A DNA stretch of 64,000 nt from contig NOWV01000286.1 of NCBI GenBank assembly GCA_003344405.1, forward strand, positions 1 to 64,000, written 5' to 3'. Below, piece by piece: positions 13,380-27,423 of the stretch. The notes under the pieces were generated by a model. The model worked only from the letters and a program-made list of their open reading frames with translations. It ran no database searches and was not told where the DNA came from. Made by a program: the position numbers and the translations under genes. Position 1 is the stretch's first letter; the number at the start of each line of letters is the position of its first letter. Origin of the DNA: Trichoplax sp. H2 (lineage: Eukaryota).

Positions 13380-16300
13380 CTAATCAGAAAAGGGCTGGCC
13401 ACCTGTAGCTACAGATAAAATATCTAAAACAACTCTTTCATTACTTAATATGCCGACATGTGTAACTCCCGGTAGTGAACGATATGATACTGGCTGCGAT
13501 TGCTCATCTTTCCAACGTCTACAAACCTATTATATTAAATTAATTATATATTGTTTATGTTTCTATGACATATTCCCATTTATATAGAGAAGTATCTCTG
13601 TATCTTACTTGTAAGCTTGGTAAAGGTACACGTCCATCGCCATCAACTTCGATTACTTTCGGCTTTTGATCAAAATTATCACTATCGTACTGAAAAATAT
13701 TCGGGGTTTTGACTCCTATACCTAAATAAGAATTACACATAGGGGTACTTTACAAACGGCATTTTACTAATTTGGTTCAATCTCTTACTCTTTATATTAT
13801 TCTACTCATAATTGTAAATGAGGCTAGTTTTAACACAGTTACCATGCCAGCAATAGACAGTGACATTAGGAGCTTGCAGAGTTGTCAAATCCTTGTTATT
13901 TAAATACATTTCATAAACGCCCTAAATAGCAAATGAATATAACATAGATTTTATCCTCTATTTATTCTATGGTTAAAATAAATTAGCTTATATTGCTGGT
14001 GTTGCTATATGTCTTACATGCAATGATTGCTGTTCCAATAGAGCGCCTATATCACTAGCTGTGTAATTTCTTGTTGGTGTGCTGAGAAAAACGTAATCTT
14101 TCCAGTACTTTGCATTTGGAAATAGCCATGCTATACTGCCTAAAATTTAAAATTTATAATAGAGTTTGTACAGCTATCTTAATAGGATACTATTATTCTT
14201 ACAAAATTGTGTAAAAAAGGGCGTCTATTTAAGCTTAGTCTTACATACCGAAACTTCGAGCAAGCGTACGAATAATATTAGGATCAATAAAATCAGGTAA
14301 TCCATCTAGTATTGGAGATAGCTGAATAATACGTAAAAATTTCACTTTATGAAATTAAAATAAAGATATTATACCGGGTCTACAATTTTAGATCTGCATA
14401 CAAAATCTGAATTAATTCTTTCATTCAAAGTTTGCTTGTTTTGATATTATAAAATGATCAGAATTCTTGCATTCACTGATATTAAAATATATTCGTTATG
14501 TAAATAGCTATGGCTTTATTTCCTCGCTTCTTATACATTAGCCTTACCACGCCAGCAACTGTCTGTCCAGCACCTGCGAATACTCCAGCTAGAGCAATGT
14601 AAGATTTTATATATTTTGCTTTCCATGCTTCGCTAACATAGGTGTTCAAAAATAAAGTCAAGACTGGATTGCCTACAAAATCGTAATTGTTATAAATTAT
14701 TAAACCGATATAAGCCTTATATTAATCTAGGCTTTAAGAAGTAAGTCTTGCTGTGAGCAAATCACAAAATAGAAATATACTCGGGATTTCTTTTCCGACA
14801 TACCTAAACTTTCTGCCACACAAACCACAGGAGTATTGCTATTGTTTGCGTATGCTCCTTCAATCATTTTTTTCAAATTATGAAATATACCATTTGGTAA
14901 ATAATAAGAATCAGCTCCAACACGCCAGTCGTACTAAATTAATAGATCAAATGCACATTGCAGGCAATTTATTAAATCATATTTATAACCATCTAATAAG
15001 AATTAAACTTTTTATTAATAGCAACGGCATACTTACAGGAGCAGCTATCAAATTTTTATTCTGCTGATATCCAATACTCTCCAGAGCATTGATAATGGTG
15101 TTATACTCTCCAGTTAATGATTTCAGCAATCCCGATGGGTCAATGAATCGAATGTTTTCTATTCCTGTACGAACTCTTACTTGGACACCTACGGAGATTA
15201 CAAAAATGATGATCAGTTCTATTCCTGGTAATTCGGATATATCAAATTTGTTGCGTTTATTTATTCCATCTTAAACGCTATCTCTGCTTGTAATGTAACT
15301 AGTATTGTGATTGTAGACTGTTAGCCATGTTTAGTATAATTTACGGTAGACATTTATCCTAAGAGATATTTAATAGCTATAACTATAGACTGTAGTGGTA
15401 CAGACTCTATGATAGAGTACAGATGATTATACGCAGTAAAGTGATAAAATTATTAAGTTACTAATAAGGCTATAGGTAAAAATAGAACTGTAAATCATAT
15501 TAAAATACGGTTAATTCATTGTACTTTGGCCGGTGTGAATAATGTCTACGTAAGTACTGTAGTCGTATCCATATTAGATTAATGATGGTCGCAGTAGAAT
15601 AGTCTTACTAAGAATAATTTAACTATGTGTAATATAAGGTAAAAGGTTGCCATGCGGATTGTAGCTGCGATTGCTACGAAAAGTATAAAAGCATGCAACT
15701 TTAGATTATTCTGTTAGTTCGTTGTAGAAGTCTTTAGTAGTAGTATTCGGCTAGAGTAGAGCTGTGTGTAGTTAATCTTTGTATAAGATTCAATAAAGCC
15801 CTTATTTTTTTTAAATTTGGAATTTCGTGATCGGTATACATCACACTGCTAGAAATATAATTATGATAAGTAGCTGCTTAAAGATTTAGCATTAATTGTA
15901 CCTTCTGCTGCTGGAGAATAAACGTGAGTAACAGCATCGTACTTTAATTTTATATTATCCTCCCTATTAAGGTTTCAAAATTAAGAAGTTGCTTGATAGG
16001 CGCGTCATCATTAAACAAAAAAATTAGTTATAGAATTTAAAACTGGTTGCATCGCATCTAATACTAGCTAATGATAATGATAACTATAAAATCTCATTTA
16101 TGATAGATAAGAATATACAGTAGATTAAGGAGTACTAGAAAATTATCATGTTCAAATGCTCGAATCAAACTATAGTTATCGATCATACTTTATACTTACC
16201 AGCAGTCTATAATAAAGGGAAGAAAATCTTCAATGTTTACCCATATCAATTCCCATTTGGACTTTTTCTTGCAATAAAAGTATGGAACACTTTTTCTGTC

Positions 16301-16665
16301 AAGTTTAGCTTCGAGTTGAGCTCCCAATAGGGCTAACCGTAAAGTGAGTTATTCAAAATCATTTAAGATTACCTTAGATTCTAGAAGTTTGTTCAAGTTA
16401 AATTATTTCATATAATGTTTGATCTATTAATTAATTGATATAATTCCAAAGAAAAATTTCGTTGGGTGTAATATCAGCACGCAATCTAGTATGTTAGTAG
16501 TTGTAAGCTTAGTACGACTCCATTGACCAATTACGCTTTATGTACCTGTAACAAGCATGACAGGATACATCTTTTTCTTATTACTAGCTTTAAGTTTGTT
16601 AATAAAACTGCGAACTGAAGGAGACCGAAGAGGATTTTTTTCTTCATTTTGATATTTGATGTATG
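13380..16665 (-). CDS. LCAT / lysosomal phospholipase A2 (PLA2G15)-family alpha/beta hydrolase, paralogue 1 (5' end unresolved; may extend to 17826)
   Basis: Minus-strand exons encode YPVMLVTALLGAQLEAKL..YCKKKSKWELIWVN..IIDCWEDNIKLKY (~16665-15900), ENIRFIDPS..IGYQQNKNLIAAP (15190-15036), YDWRVGAD..VCVAESLG (~14933-14804), WLFP, LQAPNVTVYCWHG, DGDGRVPLPSL and THVGIL. Stop TAG at 13380-13382. Ser-Asp-His triad present. Confidence 0.88.
15289..15845 (+). mobile_element. Solo-LTR-like element, family X, copy 1 (intronic)
   Basis: TGTAATGTAAC...GTATACATCACA ends (TG..CA, short imperfect inverted termini); 5-bp TSD CTGCT on both sides; TATAAAA at 15684 and AATAAA at 15792; highly similar copies at 53636 and 60341. 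Confidence 0.88.
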
Positions 16666-17670
16666 GTCTATAGATATGTAAAGCGTTAGTTATTATATCA
16701 AGATCCTTGCCTGATACGACGTAGTTAATCACAAATTTCCAAAGACAGTATACAATAAGAAATTTATTAGATCTTTATACAAATACACATTACCCTCAGT
16801 TCTACACTAATCGAATAAAACTACTAGAAAGCTCTTAGACTGAATTACTATATCATCTAAAATTGCTAGCTTATACGCTTTTGGCAGCATCTGTAGCCAC
16901 AATAAGGGCAGCAAAGTTAGCTAGACTATATTTTTAATAACGATAGTGCTCATTGTCATAGATACTTTAGCTGAGTATCATTATAGGCAAAGCTTTACAC
17001 TTTGTCAGAAAATTTTGCTATATGTGGCTAATAATTAATTTACAGTTTGGTACTTGATTGCATAACATCTGATTAAAATATATTCGCTGATCATCGTTAC
17101 TGTAATTCCAATGCTGATGATAATAATATTTTCACCGAGCGGAAGATTTTTTAACTAAAGTACAAGCAAATTTTAATCCTAAAAATTAATCTATCATAGT
17201 GTTCAATATGACTATAACAAACATATGTATAATCTAAGCATAGTAAAAGTAAACGATAGAAGTGTAACTTGAAGGGCGAACGTAATTAAACTACGAATTA
17301 TATATCATTTATCTCTAGCGATTAATGATAGAATCTTGTAGCTTAAGTTGACATGAGTATTATGTAACTGGGTATAATTTTAATGATTAGCTGGCTACTG
17401 CAAACCGCGATTTGAAAGCAAACTAGTAAGATACCGATTATCAATAAAGGAATTAGATCTATTTCCTCTGAGGCGATATGTGGTTGAAATTCTAGGTTAT
17501 AGAAACTCTTGCTATTAAAATAATATATCTATTTATGCCACCTAAGCCTAATTGACCTCTTAGTTACTACATCGAAATAGTACTACTGTGGTTCGTTTTA
17601 TTTTGATTATCATGGTACTTATCAATAAGTTTAGTGATAGTAACTTGTTACTGTAATAATGATAAGTAGA

Positions 17671-17826
17671 TTAATCGTTATCCGATGATACAAACTCTTT
17701 CATCTTGTTCACAAATGCATCCTTTCCTCTCTCAGTATATAAGTCTTTCCAATTTCCCATGTCAGCGTTTACGGCCCCAACAGCTAACGTTAACATCGTT
17801 AATGTGATAATATCAAAGCTCTTCAT
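17671..17826 (-). CDS. 51-aa ORF with signal peptide: small secreted peptide, or first exon of the downstream phospholipase
   Basis: MKSFDIITLTMLTLAVGAVNA-DMGNWKDLYTERGKDAFVNKMKEFVSSDND*. Hydrophobic core ending in V-N-A; minus-strand TATAAAA at 17875-17881 and AATAAA at 17597-17602. Confidence 0.55.
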   Translation of the reverse strand: MKSFDIITLTMLTLAVGAVNADMGNWKDLYTERGKDAFVNKMKEFVSSDND

Positions 17827-18689
17827 GGTGTCAATGGTAGGCTGCTAATATGACTTTAGTAAAATAAGCAATGATTTTATACTATAGAAAAGTTATCTTA
17901 TGCTAAATAAGGTCCACGAGTATTATTTCCAACTATCAATCGTTAATCTTCAACTAACGGCTGTCTACTAGCGCTTCCTCAGTAATCTAGACTAACACTG
18001 CAATGAAGTACCGTTGATTACCTTAGATATTATAAAAGTTTAAATTATTGCTTTATTATATAACCCTAATGCAAAATCTTTGCGAATAGGATAGTGCATC
18101 AAACTTATCTTCAGATTAAATTGATTTATAAGACGATTTAAAAGTAAATAATGGATTGGCTAGGAAGTAGAGGACTGCAGCAGGTAGGCAATTAAGGATG
18201 TCTTTATCACAGTATAAGGTAATGTATGGAACAATACCTTAGCATTAATAGACCGTAGTATAATGTAGACCAAATGCTGATGTTATAGTGTACGTTAAAT
18301 TCTTGTATACAGAGCATGCAATGATAGGTTAGAGTTCTAACTTAAATATCATACTGAGTATATATTATGCTAGTTTTTAAAAGTAAATCTGTTGGCTATA
18401 ATAGTCTTGTTTGATCTACCCTATATCATATTGAAATAAAACAAATTTTAGTATCATGTGACTAGCTCGTGAAAAATAGACAAAATTACTGCAGATACTG
18501 ATAACAATCGCATGAATATTTAACGAGTACTGCATTCTAATGACCTAGTTAGTTTACAATATTATGATATATTGTAAGCTATAATTTGCATTCGATATAG
18601 ACTAATAGAGGTTCTAGATTTATCATTATATTGTTATAATTATTAGTTTATATAAGCTACCGCCTAGAAATAGGTAATTATTAATAGGT

Positions 18690-20290
18690 ATTTGTTGTAT
18701 CATTTAATTGAGACTGATTTATATCTATTAGAAGTTGTATTCCATAAAGATCGACAGTAATTGCTGATTCTACCTTCGTGTTATAGAACGCAATCATGTT
18801 TGCTGAAGTACAGCAGGAGCATCATTACACACTTATACATCAGCTGACTAACATTAGACTATGTTGTATGCTTTTAATTTGAAATTGCAATAGATGAAGA
18901 TGGACTATAAAGCGTAGAGGCACATCGCAGTTACATGAAAATACCTTATGCTCATTATTTTGATAGCATTAAAAATAATTCAATCGTAATTTGCATTATA
19001 AACGTAATGATTGCCATCGTAGTAGAAAAACGCTTCTATCTTGATCATAAATCTCAGAACTATCTATATTATTATTCTAATTTGAAGATTTAATTAGGAG
19101 CTATTTCCTATATATTTCTTCTGCGCCTCACTTGTTGCCAACATCAGCTAGAATTAATTGGAAAGATTACTATCTAATTATAATCAATAGAACAAGCGAT
19201 TTAGCAATAGCAATCGTATTATACCAAAGATAAAATTGTCAATCTCTGGTAGTTAACAAAAAGAACAAATGCAGATAATGACATCTCTTCGCAGATCCAA
19301 CAACCTTAAATTTTGAATCAAATTCTCCTTTGCAGTAGTCTACTCAAATGTTAAGAGTCAGATTAGTATACTATATTATAACGTGACGTTATAGAGCTGA
19401 CATCTACGACCTTCCATGTACTTAGTATTAATGTTGCAAGTACACTATTTTACCATACCAACCACCTTCTGCAGTTAATTTATGAAGCGTAGCGACAACC
19501 CAAGGTCACACAATACCGTACTTTATTTCATATTATTAGAAAGCTTCTAATAGAAAATATTACTGCAATTAGCTGAAAACTCTGCGGCTAAATATTTTGA
19601 GTACCATTAATTGAGCTAACACCAATCACTCAATATTTTCATTCGAATTAGTACTCAACTGATTCGTTAGCTAAAAACATTTTTATTTTATTACTACAAA
19701 ATATTCTATTTATTAAAAGGAAGAAATAATATATATATATATATTATACGAGTATATTGTAGGCAATTATTGCTTCAGACCGATATTATTCAATTGCAAC
19801 TTGTATTTCATTAAACTGATTAGTTTTAATGTACAAAGGATGCAGTTCAATCGTTGAGGAGCATCAGGCTTTCACACCTTATCATACATTACTGAGATAT
19901 TGCAGGAGTCTATTTTCATTCGTAAGTCCATTCATATTGTTACAATTAAATAGAGTCAATCGTCATTTGCATTAAAAACACATATCGTAACTTATATATT
20001 TTTTTATACATGACAGTTTTAGTTGCTGGCTGATTTAATCAAGGACACTTTCATCTTTTCCATGCATCTCAGAAGGACGAACTACGTTAGTTTTTGTAAT
20101 TAAAAGAATTTAATTGATAGCTATTTCCTATCTATTTCTTTTACCCCCCATCGTTTTATTGCAGAAGCCAGACTGAATTACTAGGTAACATTGCTATCTA
20201 ATTATAATTAAGAACCCAAACTAGACAGTAGTAGTAATCATATTATGCTAATAGCAATATCACAATTTTATGATAGTTACCAAAGCAACA
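18690..20290. repeat. Diverged direct duplication (~0.5-0.6 kb units, ~1.05 kb apart)
   Basis: Matching blocks, e.g. GGAGCATCA..CACAC.TTAT (~18816 vs ~19858) and TAATT...AGCTATTTCCTAT.TATTTCTT (19091 vs 20111). Boundaries approximate. Confidence 0.6.
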
Positions 20291-20616
20291 CTTCACAAAA
20301 AATGATCTGTTTATGTAGATATATCTGTGTTACGTGATATCATTTCTATTTAAGTTTGTTTCCAAGCTTTATTTTGGAGTCCGTTTGCATGTTCAAATCA
20401 ACTTATTAAGTGAATGACTTTTACTAGAAAGTATCAGAAGTTTTTGATCCACTGCAAGTTTTATCCAGTTGACTAAGTTAGTTATATACTATAAACATCT
20501 ACATCACAGTGATGCTACAATAATTGCTAGGCTTAATTAAACAAATAACAGACGAGGCATTCTACAAAAAATTTCATTCATAGAAAACTTAAATAACACA
20601 CTTGAAAACTCATAAT

Positions 20617-23600
20617 TTATTTGCGAAGTGAGGCTATGTATTGCTCTTTGATTATCCGTCGTAGAATTTTGCCACTGGGAGATTTTGGGATCTGAGTGAC
20701 AAATTCGACACCACCTCTTAATTTTTTATGTGGAGCAACATTTGCTGCCACATAATCCTGGATCATTTTTTCAGTTAAATCACCTAGGAAATGGATAACG
20801 TCGCTATTAGCATAATTCTAAATTTCTTTGCGAATCTACATTACCTACAGCTTAAGAGAATACTCTTTAATTCTCATCAATAACCTACCTTCAGGATTCT
20901 TTTTGATAACTATAGCTCGTGGAACTTCTCCAGCTTCTTCGTCATCTATCCCAATTACTGCTGCGTCGGCTATGTCTTCATGGCATTTCAATAAAGCTTC
21001 GAGTTCAGCTGGAGGAACCTAATAAATTATGATGCCTTTATTTAATCTGTCTCTTATCGCAATGTGTTTACTAATTACTTCCGAACACGCTTTAAAATCT
21101 CCGCTAGTACATTAAATAAACATTTCATGTGCAATTTTTTACCTGAAATCCTTTATACTTGATGAGTTCTTTCAAGCGCTCAACAATGAAAATATGGCCT
21201 TCCTCGTCATAATGTCCGACATCGCCAGTTCGTAGCCAACCATCGCTATCGAGGCAATTTGCTGTTTCTTCCGGGCGATTTAAGTAACCCATCATTATCT
21301 GCGGACCTCTAGCCCATAATTCACCATCTTTGTTAACCGGCAAAACTTCTTTTGTATTTAAATCGACAAACTAAAAATTTGCATACATGAAAAATTATTT
21401 CTGATCCAAGTAGAAAAGATTTCGCTTTTCTATTCAAAACTGAATTCAAGATTGCTTACACGAAGTCGTTACTATAAATAAGTCTTCATGATATGTTCAA
21501 AGAGTGATTATATTCTTTAATACTTGTAATGTCTATAAATTTTACCTTGAGTTCCGTATTTGGAATAGGTGTGCCTACTGAACCAATTTTGTACTTGTTG
21601 CACTCGAAAGGCAATGTAAGAATTCCACAGGATTCCGTCATACCATATCCTATTAGGATGGCATAAAATGATGCTGATAAATGACACCAAATACTAACGA
21701 CTACAATTTCAAAATCTTTAGATTTAGTCAATCAAACATAGTTGATATTTCTTCAGCACCTTAACGAATCTTGAAATCTACGTTGCTTAATTAAAATCTG
21801 TTAAATGCTAGCATCTATAAAGAATCAATTTTACCTTGATTAAATCTTTTCAGATTGAACTTTGCGATAATAGCATTCATAATTTCACCTCCAAGCGGTG
21901 CAGCACCACATCCAATGTCAGTTAAGCTCGATAAGTCGTACTTGTCAACAAGTGGCGATTTAAGTAAAAATAATGCGAGGGGAGGAACTATGCCAATATG
22001 GCAAACCTACAGTCGTATAAAATCAAAAATCACATTAAATAACCTAGGTATTACTATTAAGTTATGAGTAGATTCCTACTCTCTTCTAACTTTATACTCT
22101 GATACTTATACCTTTGTAAGAATGCTAAATGATGCTTACGAACGTAGCTAGGCAGATTTAGTACTGTAATATAAATTCTCGATGCCTATTTTCAAGTTCT
22201 TCAGAATGCAATATTTAATAAGTGTCGCAATTGCCTTCGAAATGGTACGGTACTAAATACAGCGATTTCGAATTACTGTAAATGGTTGAGGACAATTCTA
22301 TAAATTCCTTTCATTTTTATTTGCGCTATTCCATAGAAAAAGCACATTAATGCTCCTGATACTAATTTTCTATGTACTGTATACCATACTGAATGTGGCT
22401 CTGTTACCTTGCAGTCTTGGATTGCTTTCAAGAAAGAATTGGGTTCAAAACGAGGTAATGTTACTATTTGAGCTCCGTCTCTGAGGCCACTTGCCAATAA
22501 AATAATCATACCGAAGGCGTGATAAAATGGCAGTACAGCCAATACAGGTACACGTTTCAAATCTTCAGGCTTAACTGCTTCATGATGGCCTTGTTGCAAG
22601 CATGCTACTAAATTGTAATGGGATAGCATGACTCCCTTTGCAACACCAGTAGTACCGCTGGAATACGGCAAAATGCAAATATCTTTCTTCGGATTAATTT
22701 GAACATTAGTTGGAAATTGATCTCCACTATCGCTATATTATAAAACAGATGAATGGAAGTTGTAAATACTACATTTGCAAAATAATTATGATCTAATTGA
22801 GCGAATGATTTCAGAATAGCAATTGATTTCTAGTTATTAATGCAAACAATTTCTTCTTCGTTTTGCAAAAATGTTAGTTATTGATTGCAAGATGCAAAAT
22901 AAAGAGAACGTTGGCAATAATTTCTTTTCTTAAAACAAACATCGACCCATATAGCTGACTACAGTAACCTATTACAGATTGTGAACCGTTTATTCCAGCT
23001 TTTTCGAATCACGGTTTCCTCATAACAACAAGAAAATGATCAATCTGAATAAAATAAACATTTAAATCGGTATGCAGTCTTAGGTTAAGGAATTCATGGA
23101 CGGAATAGGTGGACAAATTAAAAATAATGATAAATGGTTAGCTGGCGTTGATTTAGAATACGCGAGACTTTTATAGTTAGGTTTTTCGATTCCATATTAA
23201 ATACGCTCTTAGAGTGGAATTAAAATTGTCCAGAGCTACGCGGTATATTAAGAATTATATAAACAAACAGTTATAACAACAACATGAATAAATCAATTGA
23301 TTCTGTGTATGTTGTATCCAAATATCAGTCCAATAATAAGCGTAACTAACCTGATCATATCAACGTATGATATATATCCATCAGCTACACCAAATACAAA
23401 TTTCTCTTTGAAAGTGATATCAAGTTTATTGATTGTAGGAATGCAGCTTTCCTCAGCAACCAAGTATTGAGCTCCAGAGTCTTTTAATTGGTGATTAAAT
23501 TCATTCTCTGTGTACATATGATTGCATGTTGTAACAATGCCCCCAATAGCCAAAACACCATAATAAACCACCGCCCAGTCGATGCAATTTGAACTAATAA

Positions 23601-25755
23601 TTGCAACCACATCGCCTTTTTTGACGCCCTTCTTTACGAGTGCTGAAGCAAAGCACTTAATAAGGCGATCTAGTTCTTTATACTTGTAAGTTTTACCGGT
23701 GATACCATCGGTCTAAAATAGGATACAATTTACAATTTATTACGTAAGATGGGCAGTAATGAAAACGGAATGACTGCAGCTTGCTATAAGCTTTACACCA
23801 TTTATCATCGAAATCTCTCTATGAATATACTATTCATAACAATGATCGCAAAATGCTTATAAATATGCATCCAATTCTAATTACGTGAAAATAGGTTATG
23901 ATGTTCACAATCAACAGTACCAGTGCTAGCCTGCTAAAAGGTCAAAGTAACGTATGGTAATTTTCATTATTTACACAGTTTATGCTATAGTAATATGAAT
24001 CAGATTTGCTAGGACTGTATTGGTCAACTGCTGAACCTTAGCAATTACATAGGAATCTTATTACGACGATGCGTAATTGGGATGTCGCCAGCCTTTAGTT
24101 AGTAGGATTTATAATGTCTTTTTGATACAGCAATATTCTCATATAGCTAGCTGTATGCTAGCAAACCTTGCAATACAATAATATAGAAGATATAGGATGA
24201 GTATCTACAGCAAAAGTAAGCACTTGCTGTCTATTCGTAGCCCAACTGGAACTGATATACTTCAAGATTTTCCGATTTTAAAACTATGCAGTGCGTAGAA
24301 AATCGATTTTAATCTCACAATAGCCTAAATGCTAAGCACATACCGGTACGATAGGTGTAGGAAATAAGTAGTGCAGATTCTGTATCATGCACTATGCTTT
24401 CAATATAAAGCTGCTGGAATAAGCTGGTCGAAAATACAATTCATGCAATACTACATGAGACTGTGTATGTATTTTGAGTTTTTCTTTCTATGCTGCTCTT
24501 TTTTTAGTGAGTAGTATATGACCGTAAAAAGATCAAGTTAGAAATTGAATTTTAGAAGCAACACGAGGTATTACTGCTGGATAAAAAGGGCTAGATCAGG
24601 GTCACTTTTTATGTGATAGTCCACAGATTCCACCCTAATTATTTGATTTCTTATAACTAGGTACAGTATGATGATAAGCGGTAATGCGAACATGTTAGCA
24701 TCCGCATAGAGCCCTTTCTACTTTGCGATAACCTATAAATGTTCTTCCAAAAGAGCATTCATTATTCCTTAGGTAACATGATGAACAAACCATTTTGGCT
24801 AATCATTCAACAATAGAATTGATCATGGACGATTTAACTCTTAACATTATTAATACCACAACTTGTTAGAAAATAATAGTCTGCTTTGAATTTGTATTCG
24901 GCCAGAAATTAAACAAGATAGTACTGTCATTCAAGACTGAGTACCATAGAAGACTATGGGCAGCAATGTTGTTCACAAATAAAAATTGCACAAAAGAACT
25001 TTAAATTTAAAGTACAAGAAAAATCAACTGCCTTCTCTCTATATCTTACAATCTATTCATCAATTCCTTGGTGCAATGACTATTAGTATCGAAATAAGAC
25101 ATTGTATTATGCTGCTTGATAGAAATTAACAAAAGTCTAGTCTCTGCAAGCTTTCTTCATTCCAGAAAAGGCCTAAGCTAATTAGATAATGTGACTTTAT
25201 TATGCAACATTTATTAACAAGTAACAACAACTTCAACTATCATCGTCTACTATTCTATGACATTAGCAGCAGTGAATTTATAAATCAACCGGTATAAGCC
25301 ACCTCTATCCTCTATTATTAGGTGTGAAGTAGTGGGTGATAAAATTAAATTTGGCATTTTGGCGCTGCATCATCGTGATTTACATCTCAAGTCCTTTTTG
25401 CCAGTAGATTATGAAATTTGACTGACTATAAATCATCGATCAGTACTTAAACAAGCTTAAGTGGGCTCATCACGTAAAGAAACATTAACATAAGCTCATA
25501 ATGGTTCGTTAGAACTGAAAACCGGTTTGAAAACAACGTTATTGATTACATTCTTTTTTGCAACCATATTACAATATTGTTTGACAGCAACATTATTACG
25601 ATTACTTCTAGCCATCATACAGCGTTTGCATCCTCTCTCAAACTTACCACAGCAGGTCGATCAGCATTAGCGGCGAAATTGCGGCTTACGAATTGATATA
25701 ATGAAATATCCTCTGGAATAGGAACAGTAATAGATTGACGAACAACGCCAGCCAT
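20617..25755 (-). CDS. 4-coumarate-CoA ligase-like / firefly-luciferase-like acyl-CoA synthetase (ANL adenylating enzyme)
   Basis: Eight exons (approx. 25755-25648, 23712-23351, 22732-22408, 22006-21835, 21649-21546, 21370-21143, 21018-20888, 20783-20617). Motifs: [14 protein letters not shown] (P-loop), [65 protein letters not shown]. Starts [19 protein letters not shown] and ends YIASLRK*. Confidence 0.93.
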
Positions 25756-25954
25756 CCTGTTTATTAACAATGAAAATAGGCGTATAAATAAATTATCCAG
25801 AAGGTCTAGAGCAATTATATAGCAGCAATATCATACTCCTTATCTAAGATACAGTATAGATAACAAGACTATCTAACGCAGCTCATTACCGTTACACTAC
25901 ATCTACCGATGCCCCAGGCAGTTGTCAGTATAAAACCTCTTACGTCTGCTGATA

Positions 25955-26290
25955 CTAAAGGTTCTGTATTGAAGCTTATATTTCACTACATGATGCTGAC
26001 CCTGGAAGATGTTTTGCTACTGTAGGTGCTGTAGGTAGGTGCTACGTTCGTAATATATAAGTTCTGTTTTTAAAGAGATCTTACTGTATGTTGTTTTTTC
26101 GATGAGTCTGTTCTTCTAAAGGTACTGTATTGGTGCTCATACTTTACTATGTGGTGCTGATACAGGAAGATGTTTTGCTACTGTATAGCTTATATAATAT
26201 ATATTTACTATAGGTAGGTAGGTGCTACGTTCGTAATATTTAAGTTCTGTTTTAATGAGATCGTACTGTATGTTGTACGTTCGATGAGTA
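25955..26290. repeat. Two-copy tandem duplication (~160 bp) just upstream of the acyl-CoA synthetase
   Basis: GGAAGATGTTTTGCTACTGTA and TAGGTAGGTGCTACGTTCGTAATAT.TAAGTTCTGTTTT each occur twice (~26004 / ~26165 and ~26032 / ~26215). Confidence 0.75.
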
Positions 26291-27423
26291 TAAATGCGGT
26301 TGGATTGTAAAATAAAAGGAAATTTTCGCTGCAGATCGTTTACGAGTGTATTATTGAGTTGCAACAGCTAGGCTATTACTGAGACCCACGTTCACTTTTG
26401 GATTGTTACGTTGCAGAGTAACAAAAGGTAACACCATCTATGTACAATATTACTGCTTGAGGTTAATTGCATGAGTGGATTATGACTTCTTCAAGATTTG
26501 TGTGCATATACTTGCGTAGCATCATTAAGGCTGTCCACCAGATAGGTACGAGGTTAATTGCAGTCGCATTTTGTCATTAGTATATTATTAGTATCTACGA
26601 TTATAATTTGACTTACGAGTAACACATTTATAGCATTTTTGCTATTCATTAAGTTATTGTAAAGCACACGCGTAAACGATATTGAACATGATAAACCCAC
26701 ACTATCAGCATTAGCGCACGCAATTACAAGTATAGAAATAGGAACAAAAATATGTAAAATAAATGCTACATTCTTGATTATGAACGCACATGTAATGTCG
26801 TAAGAATCGAGAAAAATGCCCTATTTTATTTACTGCAAAGTAAAACATGAATTCCTCAATAATACAAACTAGTCCTTGATATAATTCATCTAAATTACTG
26901 TTAAGCCAGTTCGATATAAAATTCTCATATAGAAAAAAAATTTTAATTTACAGATTACAACGTCAGAATAAAAAATTACAGTAAGCTAGCTGGTTGCTTA
27001 ATGTCAACAACGACAACTTAAAGGATCACAGAAATTTCTAAAATTACTGCAATAATTTGTACCTTTATACTTATTACTGGACATAATTCAGTATCGACAT
27101 GGTGGTAATGATAAATCTCAAAAGTTGATGTTGTTAAATTAAAAATTATCACATCGCAAAAATCAAAGGTTACCATAAGCGTAGTATGTACTGTATTCTA
27201 TACTGTACGTGTATAACACAATCGTCAAGACTTGTTGTACATCAAGCTATTCCGTTTTGTCGTAATTAATTAATAACTATTTATAAAATGACCTCGTTAC
27301 GAGATATACAAATGTAATTCTAAAAAACTTCAGCATGATTGGATATACTCTGTACAACCATACGCGTATGTAATAAGATCAGTAAAGCAACTCAGAATGC
27401 TTTAATTTCTGCATAAGCCGGTT

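Noticed and set aside
14753..15274. Plus-strand ORFs of 104 and 61 aa (likewise 20828, 21855, 47778, 55446)
   Set aside because: Antisense shadows of real exons on the opposite strand.
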